DNA of 64,000 nt from an uncultured Candidatus Micrarchaeota archaeon (GTDB taxonomy: Archaea; Micrarchaeota; Micrarchaeia; Anstonellales; Bilamarchaeaceae), in assembly GCA_963714085.1 (NCBI GenBank), contig OY970229.1, positions 576,001 through 640,000 of the forward strand, given 5' to 3'. Position 1 is the stretch's first letter. Each line of letters starts with the position of its first letter. Below, one piece after another: positions 9,227-18,955 of this stretch. Both the position numbers and the translations under genes were made by a program. The notes beneath the pieces are model-generated. The model ran no database searches, was not told the DNA's origin, and worked only from the letters and a program-made list of their open reading frames with translations.

Positions 9227-10891
9227 TCAGGGACGGAAGCCCAGCCGGTAGTCCAGCTCGTGGTACTGGCTGGATTCCTCAGACGGATAGGAATACAACG
9301 TGAGGTAGAGGGTCGCGCTCGCGCCCAGCGAGGAGGGCACGTCCGTGAAATCGAGCTCCTGGTAGACATACGCGCCGGGGTAGAGGTAGCCGATGTCGCC
9401 CGTATCCCCGCTGTCCACCGGATACTGCTTGCCATCCACGACCAGAGTCGCGTCGTAGACGTATAGGTCCGCCTTCTCGCGATTGCCGTTGGCTATCGTC
9501 ACATACACCGCGTAGTATGGCGTCCCATAATCGTCCTTGCTCATAGCGGCAGCAGTCAGGTTCACGGTCACGCCCCGATTGGATGACGAGCCGCTGATGC
9601 CCTTGAGGCCGGGCGCCTGCGCGCCGCCAGCTCCGTTGTAGTATGCACCCGAACCCGAATAATCAGGGCTCAGGAAATCAGGCACGAATATCTCCTGGAC
9701 GTTGCTCAGCGTTGCAGGTGTGGCTTCCACGGTGAGGTTGGCGTAATCGGCGTATGATTTGGTGACGCTGCTCATCGGGATGTCGACAGAATAGGACTCA
9801 AGGCCGTAGAAGGGGTAGCCGGGCGTCTCGTGGAAATCCGCCACGTCCGCGACGGAACTGTAATTGAGCATCGTGGTGCCGTTGTCGTCCTGGAGCGTTA
9901 TCGTCAGCGGCCCGACGTAGGAGGTCGGGAACCAGTTGGCGTCCATGGCCGCGAACGAGATGCTGAAGCTGTCGCTGGATTCGTTGTAGTCGCCCATTGT
10001 GACATCCGTTATGGCGATGGGGGCGCCGCCCTGCGGCACCTGGTTATCAGGAGATGCGAGCGGAAACGGCACGAACCGCCCTTTGAGCCCCGGGAAGTCC
10101 ACGACCGACACCGCGAAGTTGAGGCCCACGTCGTAGGTGTATTTCCAGGCATTGATGCCAAGGAGCCTGCCGTCCGTGGAGAACATTCCCCCTCCGCTGT
10201 TGCCCGGGTTGATGGCGGCATCGGTCTGTATGGCGCTGTAGTTGCTGCCCATGTCGAGCTCCAGGGGCGTGAAGGTGCGGATTCCGGAGACTATGCCCTT
10301 TGAGATGCTCCAGTTGAGCTCCTCGGGCATCCCGATGATCAGGACATCGTCGCCCTCCTGGGGGAGGGTGCTGGATAGGGGGACGCTGGAGAGGCTCTGG
10401 TTCCCGGTGTCGAAGACCAGGATAGCCAGGTCAAGGAGGCCCGGCGCGACCAGCCTCTCGGTTGCCAGGAACTGCTGCCCGGAGGACGTGGCGATGGTTA
10501 TGTTCTCAGAATCGACCTTGCCGGACAAGTCGGGATAGTTGTAATCCACCACGTGGCGGTTCGTGAGCGCATAGGCCTTGCCATTGCCCACCGAGTATAT
10601 CACGCCTGAGCCGATGAACTCGAAGTCGGTCTCGTTCCATTCGTCCGGCTCGTGCGTGCCTGAATAGGTTACGGCGACCACGCTTTTCTTCAGCTCCTGT
10701 ATCAGGGCCGGAAGCGCGGATGTGTTCGCCATCGTCTCCGTGACCACGGTCCCCGTATCCGGCGGGGCAGCTGATGCGTTGGGGGAGTTGACGCTGCTTG
10801 CGGGCGGCGCGGATGTGCAGCCTGCGATCAGGCACAGCAGGAACATGCACGCGAGAAGCGGGAAAAGTCGTTTCATCGGCTGGCACACCAC
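9227..10891 (-). CDS. Secreted lipoprotein, trypsin-like S1C serine protease with beta-rich C-terminal domains
   Basis: Lipobox-like LIAGC; triad motifs TNRHV, DLAIL, INPGNSGG; no PDZ recognised; start could be a few codons downstream. Confidence 0.85.
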   Translation of the reverse strand: MVCQPMKRLFPLLACMFLLCLIAGCTSAPPASSVNSPNASAAPPDTGTVVTETMANTSALPALIQELKKSVVAVTYSGTHEPDEWNETDFEFIGSGVIYSVGNGKAYALTNRHVVDYNYPDLSGKVDSENITIATSSGQQFLATERLVAPGLLDLAILVFDTGNQSLSSVPLSSTLPQEGDDVLIIGMPEELNWSISKGIVSGIRTFTPLELDMGSNYSAIQTDAAINPGNSGGGMFSTDGRLLGINAWKYTYDVGLNFAVSVVDFPGLKGRFVPFPLASPDNQVPQGGAPIAITDVTMGDYNESSDSFSISFAAMDANWFPTSYVGPLTITLQDDNGTTMLNYSSVADVADFHETPGYPFYGLESYSVDIPMSSVTKSYADYANLTVEATPATLSNVQEIFVPDFLSPDYSGSGAYYNGAGGAQAPGLKGISGSSSNRGVTVNLTAAAMSKDDYGTPYYAVYVTIANGNREKADLYVYDATLVVDGKQYPVDSGDTGDIGYLYPGAYVYQELDFTDVPSSLGASATLYLTLYSYPSEESSQYHELDYRLGFRP

Positions 10892-11025
10892 GTATAGTAC
10901 TGGCTGGACAACCGTTTTTAAATACCTCGGAACAGATGTAACGATGCCTGCACATGCCAGCGTATGGCCGCGGGCTAGACTCTCCTGCGGACTGGATTCC
11001 GCAGGCGACTGACGGAGGAAATACC

Positions 11026-11622
11026 ATGTATTATATGACGACGATAGAGGACAGGATAAGGATTCCGCCCTCGATGTTCGGGAGCACCATCAACGACGCG
11101 GTACTGCGCATACTGATGGACCGGTTCGAGAGGAGGATCTACAAGGAGGCCGGCATCATACTGCTGGTAGTGAAGCCGAGGCTCACCTCAGAGGGCATAG
11201 TGATACCCGGGGACGGGGGCGCATACTACTCGGTGCAGTTCGACGCGTTGACGTTCATGCCACAGGTCAACGAGATATACGAGGCCGAGGTCAAGGAGAT
11301 CGTGGAGTTCGGCGCGTTCGCGTCCATAGGCCCGTTCCAGGGCCTGCTGCACGTCTCGCAGATAGGCAGGGAGAAATACTTCTACGACAAGAAGAGCAGG
11401 ACCCTCTCCTCCAGGGCGGAGAAAAGGACCATAAAGAAGGGCGACGCCCTGCTGGTCAAGGTCTCCACCGTGAGCCTGAAATCCACCACCGCGGACACGA
11501 AGATAGGGCTCACCATGAGGCCGGACGGCCTGGGCAAGCAGGAGTGGATGGACGAGGCGAAGGCCAAGGCGTCCAAGGTTGAGAAGAAAGAGGGGAAGAA
11601 GAAGGAGGCTGATGCCAAATGA
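11026..11622 (+). CDS. rpo7: DNA-directed RNA polymerase subunit E' (Rpo7)
   Basis: MYY..IEDxIRIPP, GDGGAYY, EFGAF..IGP..GLLHVSQI, KIGLTMR..GLGK; GGAGG SD before ATG 11026. Confidence 0.95.
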   Translation: MYYMTTIEDRIRIPPSMFGSTINDAVLRILMDRFERRIYKEAGIILLVVKPRLTSEGIVIPGDGGAYYSVQFDALTFMPQVNEIYEAEVKEIVEFGAFASIGPFQGLLHVSQIGREKYFYDKKSRTLSSRAEKRTIKKGDALLVKVSTVSLKSTTADTKIGLTMRPDGLGKQEWMDEAKAKASKVEKKEGKKKEADAK

Positions 11623-11804
11623 AAGCCTGCAGGACATGCCGTTACATCGTGAAGGAGCCCCATGAGAAGATATGCCCCAAATGCGGCGGGGAGCTCAGCG
11701 AGAGGTTCTCCGGTATGATAATCATACTCGACCCGGAGCGCTCGGAAGTAGCCAAGATCGCGGAGGTAAACGCGGTCGGCAACTACGCCATAAACGTGAA
11801 ATGA
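11619..11804 (+). CDS. spt4: Transcription elongation factor Spt4 (RpoE'')
   Basis: KACRTC...CPKCG...DPERSEVAK; overlaps the rpo7 stop as usual in archaea. Confidence 0.95.
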   Translation: MKACRTCRYIVKEPHEKICPKCGGELSERFSGMIIILDPERSEVAKIAEVNAVGNYAINVK

Positions 11805-11825
11805 TCGGTCCACGACGGTGATTCC

Positions 11826-12983
11826 CTGATAGAGAGCTCGAAACGGTCAGACCTGGTTTCATATCCGATACGCGACATCGTGCTCGAGGCGAAGGCGCTG
11901 GAGAGGAAGGGCACGAAGATGATCTACCTGAACATCGGCGACCCCGCGCCCTTCGGTTTCAGGCCCCCGCAGCACGTGCTTGACGCGGCCGCGGACGCGC
12001 TGAAGGAGAATTACAGCGGCTACGCCCCTTCGGAGGGCGACCCGGAGCTCCGCGCAGCGGCAGCGGCCTACGAGGGCGTGCAGCCAAGCGACGTGTTCAT
12101 AAGCTCGGGCCTCAGCGAGGGCATAGATTTCCTGTTCCAGGCGCTCGTGGACCCGGGCAGGAACATCGTGCTCCCGAACCCGACCTACCCGTTATACCTG
12201 TCCAAGCAGCGCATGATGTTCGGCACCGAGGCCTTCTACGACTGCGACTCCAAATGGGAGCCTGACGCCGACTCCCTCAGGAAGAGGATAAACAAGCTCA
12301 CGAAGGCCATATTGGTGATAAACCCCAACAACCCCACGGGCGCGGTCTATTCCAGGAAGACGCTCGAAACGATCGTGGACATCGCCGGCGAGCATAAGCT
12401 CCCCATAATATCCGACGACGCCTACGAGATGCTGGCTTTCGACGGCGAGTACACCAACCTCAGGAAGCTCCACAAGGACGTCCCTCTGGTATCCGGCAAC
12501 AGCATCTCCAAGAACTACATCTATCCAGGTGCGCGCGTGGGCTACCTGGCGTTCCACGGGGATGGCTGGGACCAGGTGAAGGACGCCATACAGCGCCTGT
12601 GCAACGCCAGGCTCTCGGTGAACTGGGAGATGCAGCGGGCGTACGTCGCCGCGCTCAAGGGCCCCCAGGACCACATCTCCAGATTCAACGCGGAACTCAA
12701 GAAAAGGCGCGACCTCTTGGTCAAGCGCATCGCGGGCATAGAAGGGCTCTCGGTTGCCGCTCCCAGGGGCGCGTTCTACGCGTTCGTTAAGATAGAGAGG
12801 AAAGGCAGGTGGAAGAACGACTGGCAGTTCGTGCGGGAGCTGCTCAAAGAGGGCGTCGTAGTGGTGCCAGGCTCGGGCTTCACCTCGGACCAGAGCACCA
12901 TGGCGTTCCGCATAGTGTTCCTGCCGAGCCTGGAGCAGCTGGATTCCGCGTTCGACAGGATAGCGGCGTATATGAAGAAATAG
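11826..12983 (+). CDS. Class I/II PLP-dependent aminotransferase (AlaAT/AspAT-like)
   Basis: LNIGDP, INPNNPTG, SISKNY..PGARVG; family-like YPIRDIV lies upstream of GTG 11880, so a CTG start at 11826 is proposed. Confidence 0.88.
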   Translation: MIESSKRSDLVSYPIRDIVLEAKALERKGTKMIYLNIGDPAPFGFRPPQHVLDAAADALKENYSGYAPSEGDPELRAAAAAYEGVQPSDVFISSGLSEGIDFLFQALVDPGRNIVLPNPTYPLYLSKQRMMFGTEAFYDCDSKWEPDADSLRKRINKLTKAILVINPNNPTGAVYSRKTLETIVDIAGEHKLPIISDDAYEMLAFDGEYTNLRKLHKDVPLVSGNSISKNYIYPGARVGYLAFHGDGWDQVKDAIQRLCNARLSVNWEMQRAYVAALKGPQDHISRFNAELKKRRDLLVKRIAGIEGLSVAAPRGAFYAFVKIERKGRWKNDWQFVRELLKEGVVVVPGSGFTSDQSTMAFRIVFLPSLEQLDSAFDRIAAYMKK

Positions 12984-12989
12984 GCGCCT

Positions 12990-15308
12990 TCATTTCGTCT
13001 TCTTAGGCACGGGCTCCGGCTCGACCTCTTCTTCCTCGCCGGCGGACAGCCTCCTCGATGCGAGCTCCTCTTTCAGCACCTGCTTGTAGATGGCGGGCCA
13101 TCTCTTCTGCGCCTCCTTGTAGTCGATGCTGCCCTCCTCCGTCTCCAGCGAGCTCAGCAGCTTGTTGGCGGCCGAGTTCGCCTGTAGCACGAAGTCCAGC
13201 TCCAGGAGCAGCTTGTCCTTGAGCTCGACCGAGGACTGGTAGACGTCCCAGTAGACCTTGCCCTTGAAGAACGCCTGCAGGATGTACTGCTCCGGGGAGA
13301 TCCCGGTCTCGTCGCAGCGCTTGCTGAGCGAGGGCGGTACGAAGGCGATGTCCAGGCTCTTTTCCAGCTTGGCGATGTCCAGCTTGCTGAAGTCGAACAT
13401 GGACGCCTCGGGGTTGCGCAGGAACTTCGCCTCCCACGCGCACTTGTCTATGGAGTCCCCGCGCCTGAACCTGAAGATTTCCACGAACTTCTTCTCCTCG
13501 ATGTCGGACTCGTACTCGAAGCCGAGCACCCTGTATATCCTGCCCTTCCTGCCGAACTTGACCTTCTTGAGGAAGGTGTAGCGGTCGGTGGCGAACATGG
13601 ACGCCGCGGGTATGTTGAACACCAGCTCGAACCTGTCCTGCACGTCCCTCAGCGACTCCGCGTGCAGGTTGTAGAGCAGGAACACGCCTGGTTGGGTGTT
13701 GAGCAGGTTGATGATACCCTGCACCGCGACACGGGAGCGCACCTCGTTGATTATGAGCGCGGCGTCGCCCATCCTCAACAGGGCGTTCGCCATGGACACC
13801 AGGTCCAGCTCCTTGGTGGTGCTCTCCTCCACGTCCGAGGACTGCACCCTGGCCGCGCCTATGTGGAAGCCGCGCTTCCTGAACGCGCGCACCGGGATCT
13901 CCTCTATGTCCTGGATGGGCAGTATCCTCCTGCGCGTGCCTATGGAGCTTATCTTGGCCGCGGTGAATGAGGTCTTTCCCACGCCTTTGAGCCCCAGCAC
14001 GGCCTCGGAGCAGCCGAGGCTGACCATGACATCGTCGTAGCCGGCGAAGAAGGGGGACATGGAACGGTAGTCCAGGTACTGGGCGTAGGTGAAAGGCTCC
14101 TCCTGCATGATGCGCAGCGCGCCCTGGAGCTCGCCGAAGGTGGCGGGCGGCCTTTGGAGGTGGCACCTCATGGTGAGCCTTTTGAGCACCACGTCGATGA
14201 TGGGCGAGGTGTCGTCGAACTTGCGCGTGCCCTTCATTGTGAGCACTATGTTCTTGAACGCGCGCTCGAGCAGGTCGCGGTTGTACCTGTACAACGTGTG
14301 GCAGAGCCCGAATTTCCTGTGCTCTATGTAGATGGGCGAGTTCTCGCTGTCTATGTAGATGTCCGTGACGTTCTCCTTGTCCAGGGCGAGGTTCTCTATC
14401 GGGGCCCCGAGGCCGGTGACCCACGCGGCGCATTCGCGGCCCATGGCCATCGCCTGCTGCGGCGTTATCTTGATGCCTTCTATCATGGCCTGATCTATGA
14501 AGAACTGGCGGTAGTCCCTGGTCTTGAGGTTCATGAGTATCTCGTAGTCCACGTTCTCGAAGCTCTCCTTGAACTGCTCGGTCAGCTTCATCTTCAGCAT
14601 CTTCTTGAGGTCTGCCGACAGGCCGTCTATGCCGTCGTTCTTCTGGACGTAGAGGTAGGCGTCCGCGCCGGGCACCTCGTACACCTGCACGTCTATGCCG
14701 AAGGGCAGGGAGTACGCCGCCTCCGGGCCCTTCATCGGTATAGCGTTGGGCGGGATGTCGAGCACCAACGACGTGACGAAGTAGAGGCTTTTCAGCCCTA
14801 TGAGGTTCAGGAACGCCTGCCTGAAGTCCCCGGCCTGTTTCACCAGCTGGTAGAGCTTCGTGCCGAGCAGGCGCTTCCTTATGCCGGCCAGCCATCCCTT
14901 GAAGGTCTGGTAGCCCTTCATGTAGATCGCCTTCTCGGGCTGCGGCTCGTTGTAGTTGGCCAGTTCCTGCTCTGCCAGGAGCGGGTTCATGAACATGTAT
15001 TCGTAGAATTTCTTGATTACGAGGCGCCGGTTATCGAAGCCCGGGTCCTCCTTCATGCCGTATATGTCCCCGCGCAGGAGGAGCTGCTCGATCTGCCTGA
15101 TGACGCCCGCGTATTCCATGAGCACCGCGGTCTTCTCCTCGTCCAGCTCGACCACAATCTCCTCGTCGTAGCGTAGGGTCTTGATGGGGAACTCGGTCGT
15201 GGAGAGGTCCTTGAGGTGGAGGTTGAGGAACTCCGGGGAAGCGAACTCGTAGGGGCATTTGGACAGGTCTATTATCGCCTTCGTACCTTCCATGTATAAG
15301 TTGCACAT
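12990..15308 (-). CDS. VirB11/PilB/TadA/ArlI-type secretion or pilus ATPase with long N-terminal region
   Basis: VTDIYID, Walker A GLKGVGKTS, Asp box QDIEEI, LLRMGD, Walker B INEVR, His box LHA. Confidence 0.75.
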   Translation of the reverse strand: MCNLYMEGTKAIIDLSKCPYEFASPEFLNLHLKDLSTTEFPIKTLRYDEEIVVELDEEKTAVLMEYAGVIRQIEQLLLRGDIYGMKEDPGFDNRRLVIKKFYEYMFMNPLLAEQELANYNEPQPEKAIYMKGYQTFKGWLAGIRKRLLGTKLYQLVKQAGDFRQAFLNLIGLKSLYFVTSLVLDIPPNAIPMKGPEAAYSLPFGIDVQVYEVPGADAYLYVQKNDGIDGLSADLKKMLKMKLTEQFKESFENVDYEILMNLKTRDYRQFFIDQAMIEGIKITPQQAMAMGRECAAWVTGLGAPIENLALDKENVTDIYIDSENSPIYIEHRKFGLCHTLYRYNRDLLERAFKNIVLTMKGTRKFDDTSPIIDVVLKRLTMRCHLQRPPATFGELQGALRIMQEEPFTYAQYLDYRSMSPFFAGYDDVMVSLGCSEAVLGLKGVGKTSFTAAKISSIGTRRRILPIQDIEEIPVRAFRKRGFHIGAARVQSSDVEESTTKELDLVSMANALLRMGDAALIINEVRSRVAVQGIINLLNTQPGVFLLYNLHAESLRDVQDRFELVFNIPAASMFATDRYTFLKKVKFGRKGRIYRVLGFEYESDIEEKKFVEIFRFRRGDSIDKCAWEAKFLRNPEASMFDFSKLDIAKLEKSLDIAFVPPSLSKRCDETGISPEQYILQAFFKGKVYWDVYQSSVELKDKLLLELDFVLQANSAANKLLSSLETEEGSIDYKEAQKRWPAIYKQVLKEELASRRLSAGEEEEVEPEPVPKKTK

Positions 15309-15367
15309 GAGGGACGATTCGCACTCTAGGATTAAAAAGGATTACGAGGGGCGCGGTGCGCGGCCGT

Positions 15368-15781
15368 TCAGCGCTTCTGCAGCGCTTTCAGCAGCGCTAC
15401 TGCGTCCTCCCTGCGCCCGTACGGGACCAGCAGGTGGTCATGGTTGTAGGCCGAGAAGGCGTTGACGCTGATTTTCCCCTTGGCGAGCGCTTCCGTGACT
15501 TTCGCCAGGAAGCCGATTGCCGGGAGGGAGTCGGGGGCGAGCGTGATGAGGGCGAAGGGGCCTGCGATTGGCTTGCCCGTCAGGGAGGCAGCCACGTCCT
15601 TCATGTCTTCATAGAACACGACGCTCAATCCTTCGCTCTCGCGGTATATGCAAAGGATATATTGGAGATAGCCGGCCAGGGCCATGGTATTGGATTCGGC
15701 CACCGAAGCCATGAAGAACTTCCCGTCCTCGAGCCGCGGGTCCATCTTCTTGAGCATCGCCTTAAGGCCCGGTGGCTTCAT
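15368..15781 (-). CDS. ACT-domain protein (DUF2241-like)
   Basis: RESEGLSV, FALITL, IGFLAKVTEALA..ISVN.FSAYNHDHLLVP. Confidence 0.8.
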   Translation of the reverse strand: MKPPGLKAMLKKMDPRLEDGKFFMASVAESNTMALAGYLQYILCIYRESEGLSVVFYEDMKDVAASLTGKPIAGPFALITLAPDSLPAIGFLAKVTEALAKGKISVNAFSAYNHDHLLVPYGRREDAVALLKALQKR

Positions 15782-15789
15782 CCAAATCC

Positions 15790-17478
15790 CTATTTCCCGG
15801 GCTCCTTCCTGTTGATTATCATGCCGACTATTGATGCGTAGGCGGGCCTGCTCAGGAGGTAGCCGAGCAGCGAGCCGAGTATGGTCGAGATCGCGAACCC
15901 GATGACCTCCACGAGGCCGGAGAAGAGCAGCGGTATCATGGCGAGCGTGGCCACGATCACGTTGGTCTTGATTATGTCGAACGCGTGTGCCATCTTCTCG
16001 TCGGTCTCCTCCCCGTCCTCCTTAAGCAGCTCGTCGGTGATGACTATCTGGGCGTCCACGCCCACCCCGATCGCAGCTATTATGCCGGCCATGGCGGCCA
16101 GGTCTATGGTGAAGGAGCCGAGGATGGAGAGCAGGATTATGAGCTCGGATATGGATATCGCCACGATGGGCAATGTCGCCCTTATGTTCCTGTACCTGAA
16201 GCCTATGAGCACGGATATGGCGATGAGCGATGCGATGATGCCTATGAGGCTGAGCTGCAGGAACTTCTGGCCCAGCGAAGCGGGCAGGGTCGTCCTGGAG
16301 CCGAGGGATATCGAGACCGGGAGCGAGCCGCCCGTGAGTATGGACTCGATCTGCTTGACATTCTGCTGCACCTGGGCGTTATGGGTCGGGCCGGCAGCCA
16401 CCGCGCCGCTGACCGAGAAATCGTAGTTCGGCACACCGGTTGCAAGTCCCTCTGAGAGCAGCGGGGACGAGAGCAGGCCAACGGCCGTGAGCTTCTCCAC
16501 GGTGAGCACGCCGGCCCGCGTCCGGTTGTAGGTGGGCGTTATGTCGGCCTCGGAGAACTCCTTGACCGTGAAACCGCTGGCATTCAGGGCGGAGATGAGC
16601 TGCGCGGACGCGTTGGAGGATATGAGCGCCACGGTGCCGTTGTCCTTCGGCGATGGCGTGGTGTTGTTGAGCGAATCGGTGATGTAGACCGTGATGTTCC
16701 TTCCCTGGTCGAGAGAGAGCGCGTCGCTGAGCGCCCTCAGGACCTCCTTCTCGCTGGAATCGTCAGGCATGTTCTGCTTCAGCTCGGCGGTGCTCAGGAA
16801 CAGCGCCGCGTCCGACGGCCTGTCCAGGTACATGTAAACAGGATAGTCGGCCTTGCCGTTGGCCACCGTGGCGAACTGCTCTGCGCCGTGGCGGTTCACC
16901 GAGAAGGACACGCCCCAGTCGGCCCTCTCCTGGGACAGCTCCTGCGCCGGGAGGGAGTTTATGGATGTGGAATAGATGTCGTCCCCGCTTATTGCAACGT
17001 GGCCGTCCACCACGCCCCAGTATACGCCCTGGTGCGAGAGGGTGTTCTCCACGAATTTGATGGTGCTGTCATCGGATGAGGGGATCTCCACGTATACCTG
17101 GCTGTCCCCTACGGCGTAGACATTGGCTTCGGTGAGTCCGAGCACGGACACGCGCGTCTTTATGGTCTGCACGAGGCTGTTCATGGTGGTCGTATCCACG
17201 GATTTCTCGAGCAGCACTGGTATGCGCGTGCCCCCTTCGAAATCGATGCCGTATTTCATCCCGTTGATTCCGATATTGGCTATGGCTAGCAGGAGCAGGA
17301 AACCCAGGCCGGCCAGCTTTATGTGGGGCTCCTTCCAGAACAGGCAGAAACCGCCGAATATGAAGAGCGCGAGTATGAGCAGGAGGCCGGCGTATGGCGC
17401 ATAGACCACTATCGACGAGAGCAGCAGGACGAATATGAGCGCCATCGCGAGCAGCTTCTTGTCGTTGAGCAGGTCCAT
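15790..17478 (-). CDS. secD: Protein translocase subunit SecD
   Basis: GIDFEGG, GGSLPV, ASLG, IDLAAMAGIIAAIGVGVDAQI; follows secF. Confidence 0.92.
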   Translation of the reverse strand: MDLLNDKKLLAMALIFVLLLSSIVVYAPYAGLLLILALFIFGGFCLFWKEPHIKLAGLGFLLLLAIANIGINGMKYGIDFEGGTRIPVLLEKSVDTTTMNSLVQTIKTRVSVLGLTEANVYAVGDSQVYVEIPSSDDSTIKFVENTLSHQGVYWGVVDGHVAISGDDIYSTSINSLPAQELSQERADWGVSFSVNRHGAEQFATVANGKADYPVYMYLDRPSDAALFLSTAELKQNMPDDSSEKEVLRALSDALSLDQGRNITVYITDSLNNTTPSPKDNGTVALISSNASAQLISALNASGFTVKEFSEADITPTYNRTRAGVLTVEKLTAVGLLSSPLLSEGLATGVPNYDFSVSGAVAAGPTHNAQVQQNVKQIESILTGGSLPVSISLGSRTTLPASLGQKFLQLSLIGIIASLIAISVLIGFRYRNIRATLPIVAISISELIILLSILGSFTIDLAAMAGIIAAIGVGVDAQIVITDELLKEDGEETDEKMAHAFDIIKTNVIVATLAMIPLLFSGLVEVIGFAISTILGSLLGYLLSRPAYASIVGMIINRKEPGK

Positions 17479-18585
17479 TCAGGCCACCTCCTTCTCGGCT
17501 GCGATGAGCTTCTCCACGTGCCAGAGCAGGAGCACCGCGTCTATGCCCCAGGTGGCGAACATGTCCCCCACCAGGCCCGCCAGCGCGACGGCGGATATCT
17601 CGTAGTAGGTGGGTATGTTGGTGAGTATGGCGAGCACGAACAGGGCGATGAACGCCACGATGGCCGTGAGGGACATCGTCAGCCCGGTCTTCATGGCTCC
17701 GTAGGCCTTCTCCCTCGGGTCGCCCTTCCGCTTGAGTATGCGCATGGTGAGGAGCACATCGGTGTCCAGTGAGAAACCTATGAGCATGAGCAGCGCCGCG
17801 AACGAGGGCAGCGTGAACTGTATGCCGAAAAGGCCCATGGCGCCCATGGCTATCGTCACGTCGCTGAACGCCCCGCAGAGCACCGCAGCCGCAGGGAACG
17901 GATCCCTGAAGAAGACGAACACGAAGACGATTGAAAGCAGCGCGGAGGCGACGACGACGGAGAGCGCCTGGCCGATGAACTCGGTGCTCAGCGTCGGGCT
18001 CACGGTCTGGACCGACATGGAGTCGTACTGCAGGTACTTGTCTATGGGTCCGGATATGGACGCCTCGTAGTCGTCGTATACCTTGTTGTAGGCGCTCGTG
18101 AACGCCTTCTGCTCCTCTATCGTGCCCGTTATGTTGAAGTCTGAGCGGGACATCCCGGCCAGCGCGAACAGCTGGTCGCTGATGTTCTTCAGCTTGGCGT
18201 CGTCGGCAAGGTACTGGGTCGTGTTGGAGCTGTTCTGGAGGCTCTGTACCTCGAGGAAAGAGACCTCCGGGACCAATGAATTGAAATCGGACTTGAGCTT
18301 GTCGGCTTCCACCAGCTTGGGGCTCTGGGGCACCTCGATCTCGGCCTGGTAGCCGGAGGTGGTCTGCAGGACGTCGACGCTGGCCTCGAGGCCCTCTGAG
18401 CCCAGCTCGTTCTTGAGCTGCGCAGCATCGACCGCCCCTTTCAGGTTCAGCGTGACCATGGTGCCGCCCTGGAAGTCGACGCCCATCTGTATGTGGGGTA
18501 TGAAATAGAACGATACGAGTATCATAAGGAGCGGCGGGATGCACAGGAGCCTGTAGTCTCCCTTGAAGATGTTAGGAAAATCCAT
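17479..18585 (-). CDS. secF: Protein translocase subunit SecF
   Basis: GVDFQGG, VSPTLS, AALLMLIGFSLDTDVLLT, GLVGD. Confidence 0.92.
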   Translation of the reverse strand: MDFPNIFKGDYRLLCIPPLLMILVSFYFIPHIQMGVDFQGGTMVTLNLKGAVDAAQLKNELGSEGLEASVDVLQTTSGYQAEIEVPQSPKLVEADKLKSDFNSLVPEVSFLEVQSLQNSSNTTQYLADDAKLKNISDQLFALAGMSRSDFNITGTIEEQKAFTSAYNKVYDDYEASISGPIDKYLQYDSMSVQTVSPTLSTEFIGQALSVVVASALLSIVFVFVFFRDPFPAAAVLCGAFSDVTIAMGAMGLFGIQFTLPSFAALLMLIGFSLDTDVLLTMRILKRKGDPREKAYGAMKTGLTMSLTAIVAFIALFVLAILTNIPTYYEISAVALAGLVGDMFATWGIDAVLLLWHVEKLIAAEKEVA

Positions 18586-18638
18586 GTTTTATCGCTCTCC
18601 CGTATCTGCCAACATTTGCATAGTAATATTAATAATAA

Positions 18639-18749
18639 TGGACTTGGGGGGACTCGCACCCCCGGCCTCTCCGAATTCCGGCCTCCTGGCCCGCGTTTCG
18701 AGCCACGGATACCTGCGAACGGAGCGCTCTGCTGCTGAGCTACAAGCCC
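18639..18749 (-). tRNA. tRNA-Ala(CGC) with 39-nt canonical intron (37/38)
   Basis: Acceptor GGGCTTG/CAAGTCC with G3-U70; anticodon stem CTCCG/CGGAG; BHB central helix TTCG/CGGA; 72 nt after intron removal. Confidence 0.93.
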
Positions 18750-18955
18750 GACTGGAAGTCATAAGAGTAGCGGATTATTTCAAGGATGATTTTTTAACCA
18801 ATACTATTTAATATTGTACCCCACAACTATATACATAGGGAAACTTAATATGCGGGGCTGGAAGACACATAAATCCAGTAATGCAAACATTTAAATATAC
18901 TTCCCACTAGAATATAGTTATATCAACAAAATAATCGATAGAGGGTGAAATAACC

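Noticed and set aside
13003..14895. 630-aa alternative-frame ORF, and similar long ORFs such as 17069-18544, 5138-6022 and 26172-27359
   Set aside because: Shadow frames of high-GC genes; Arg/Gly/Pro-rich or antisense, and overlapping well-supported CDSs
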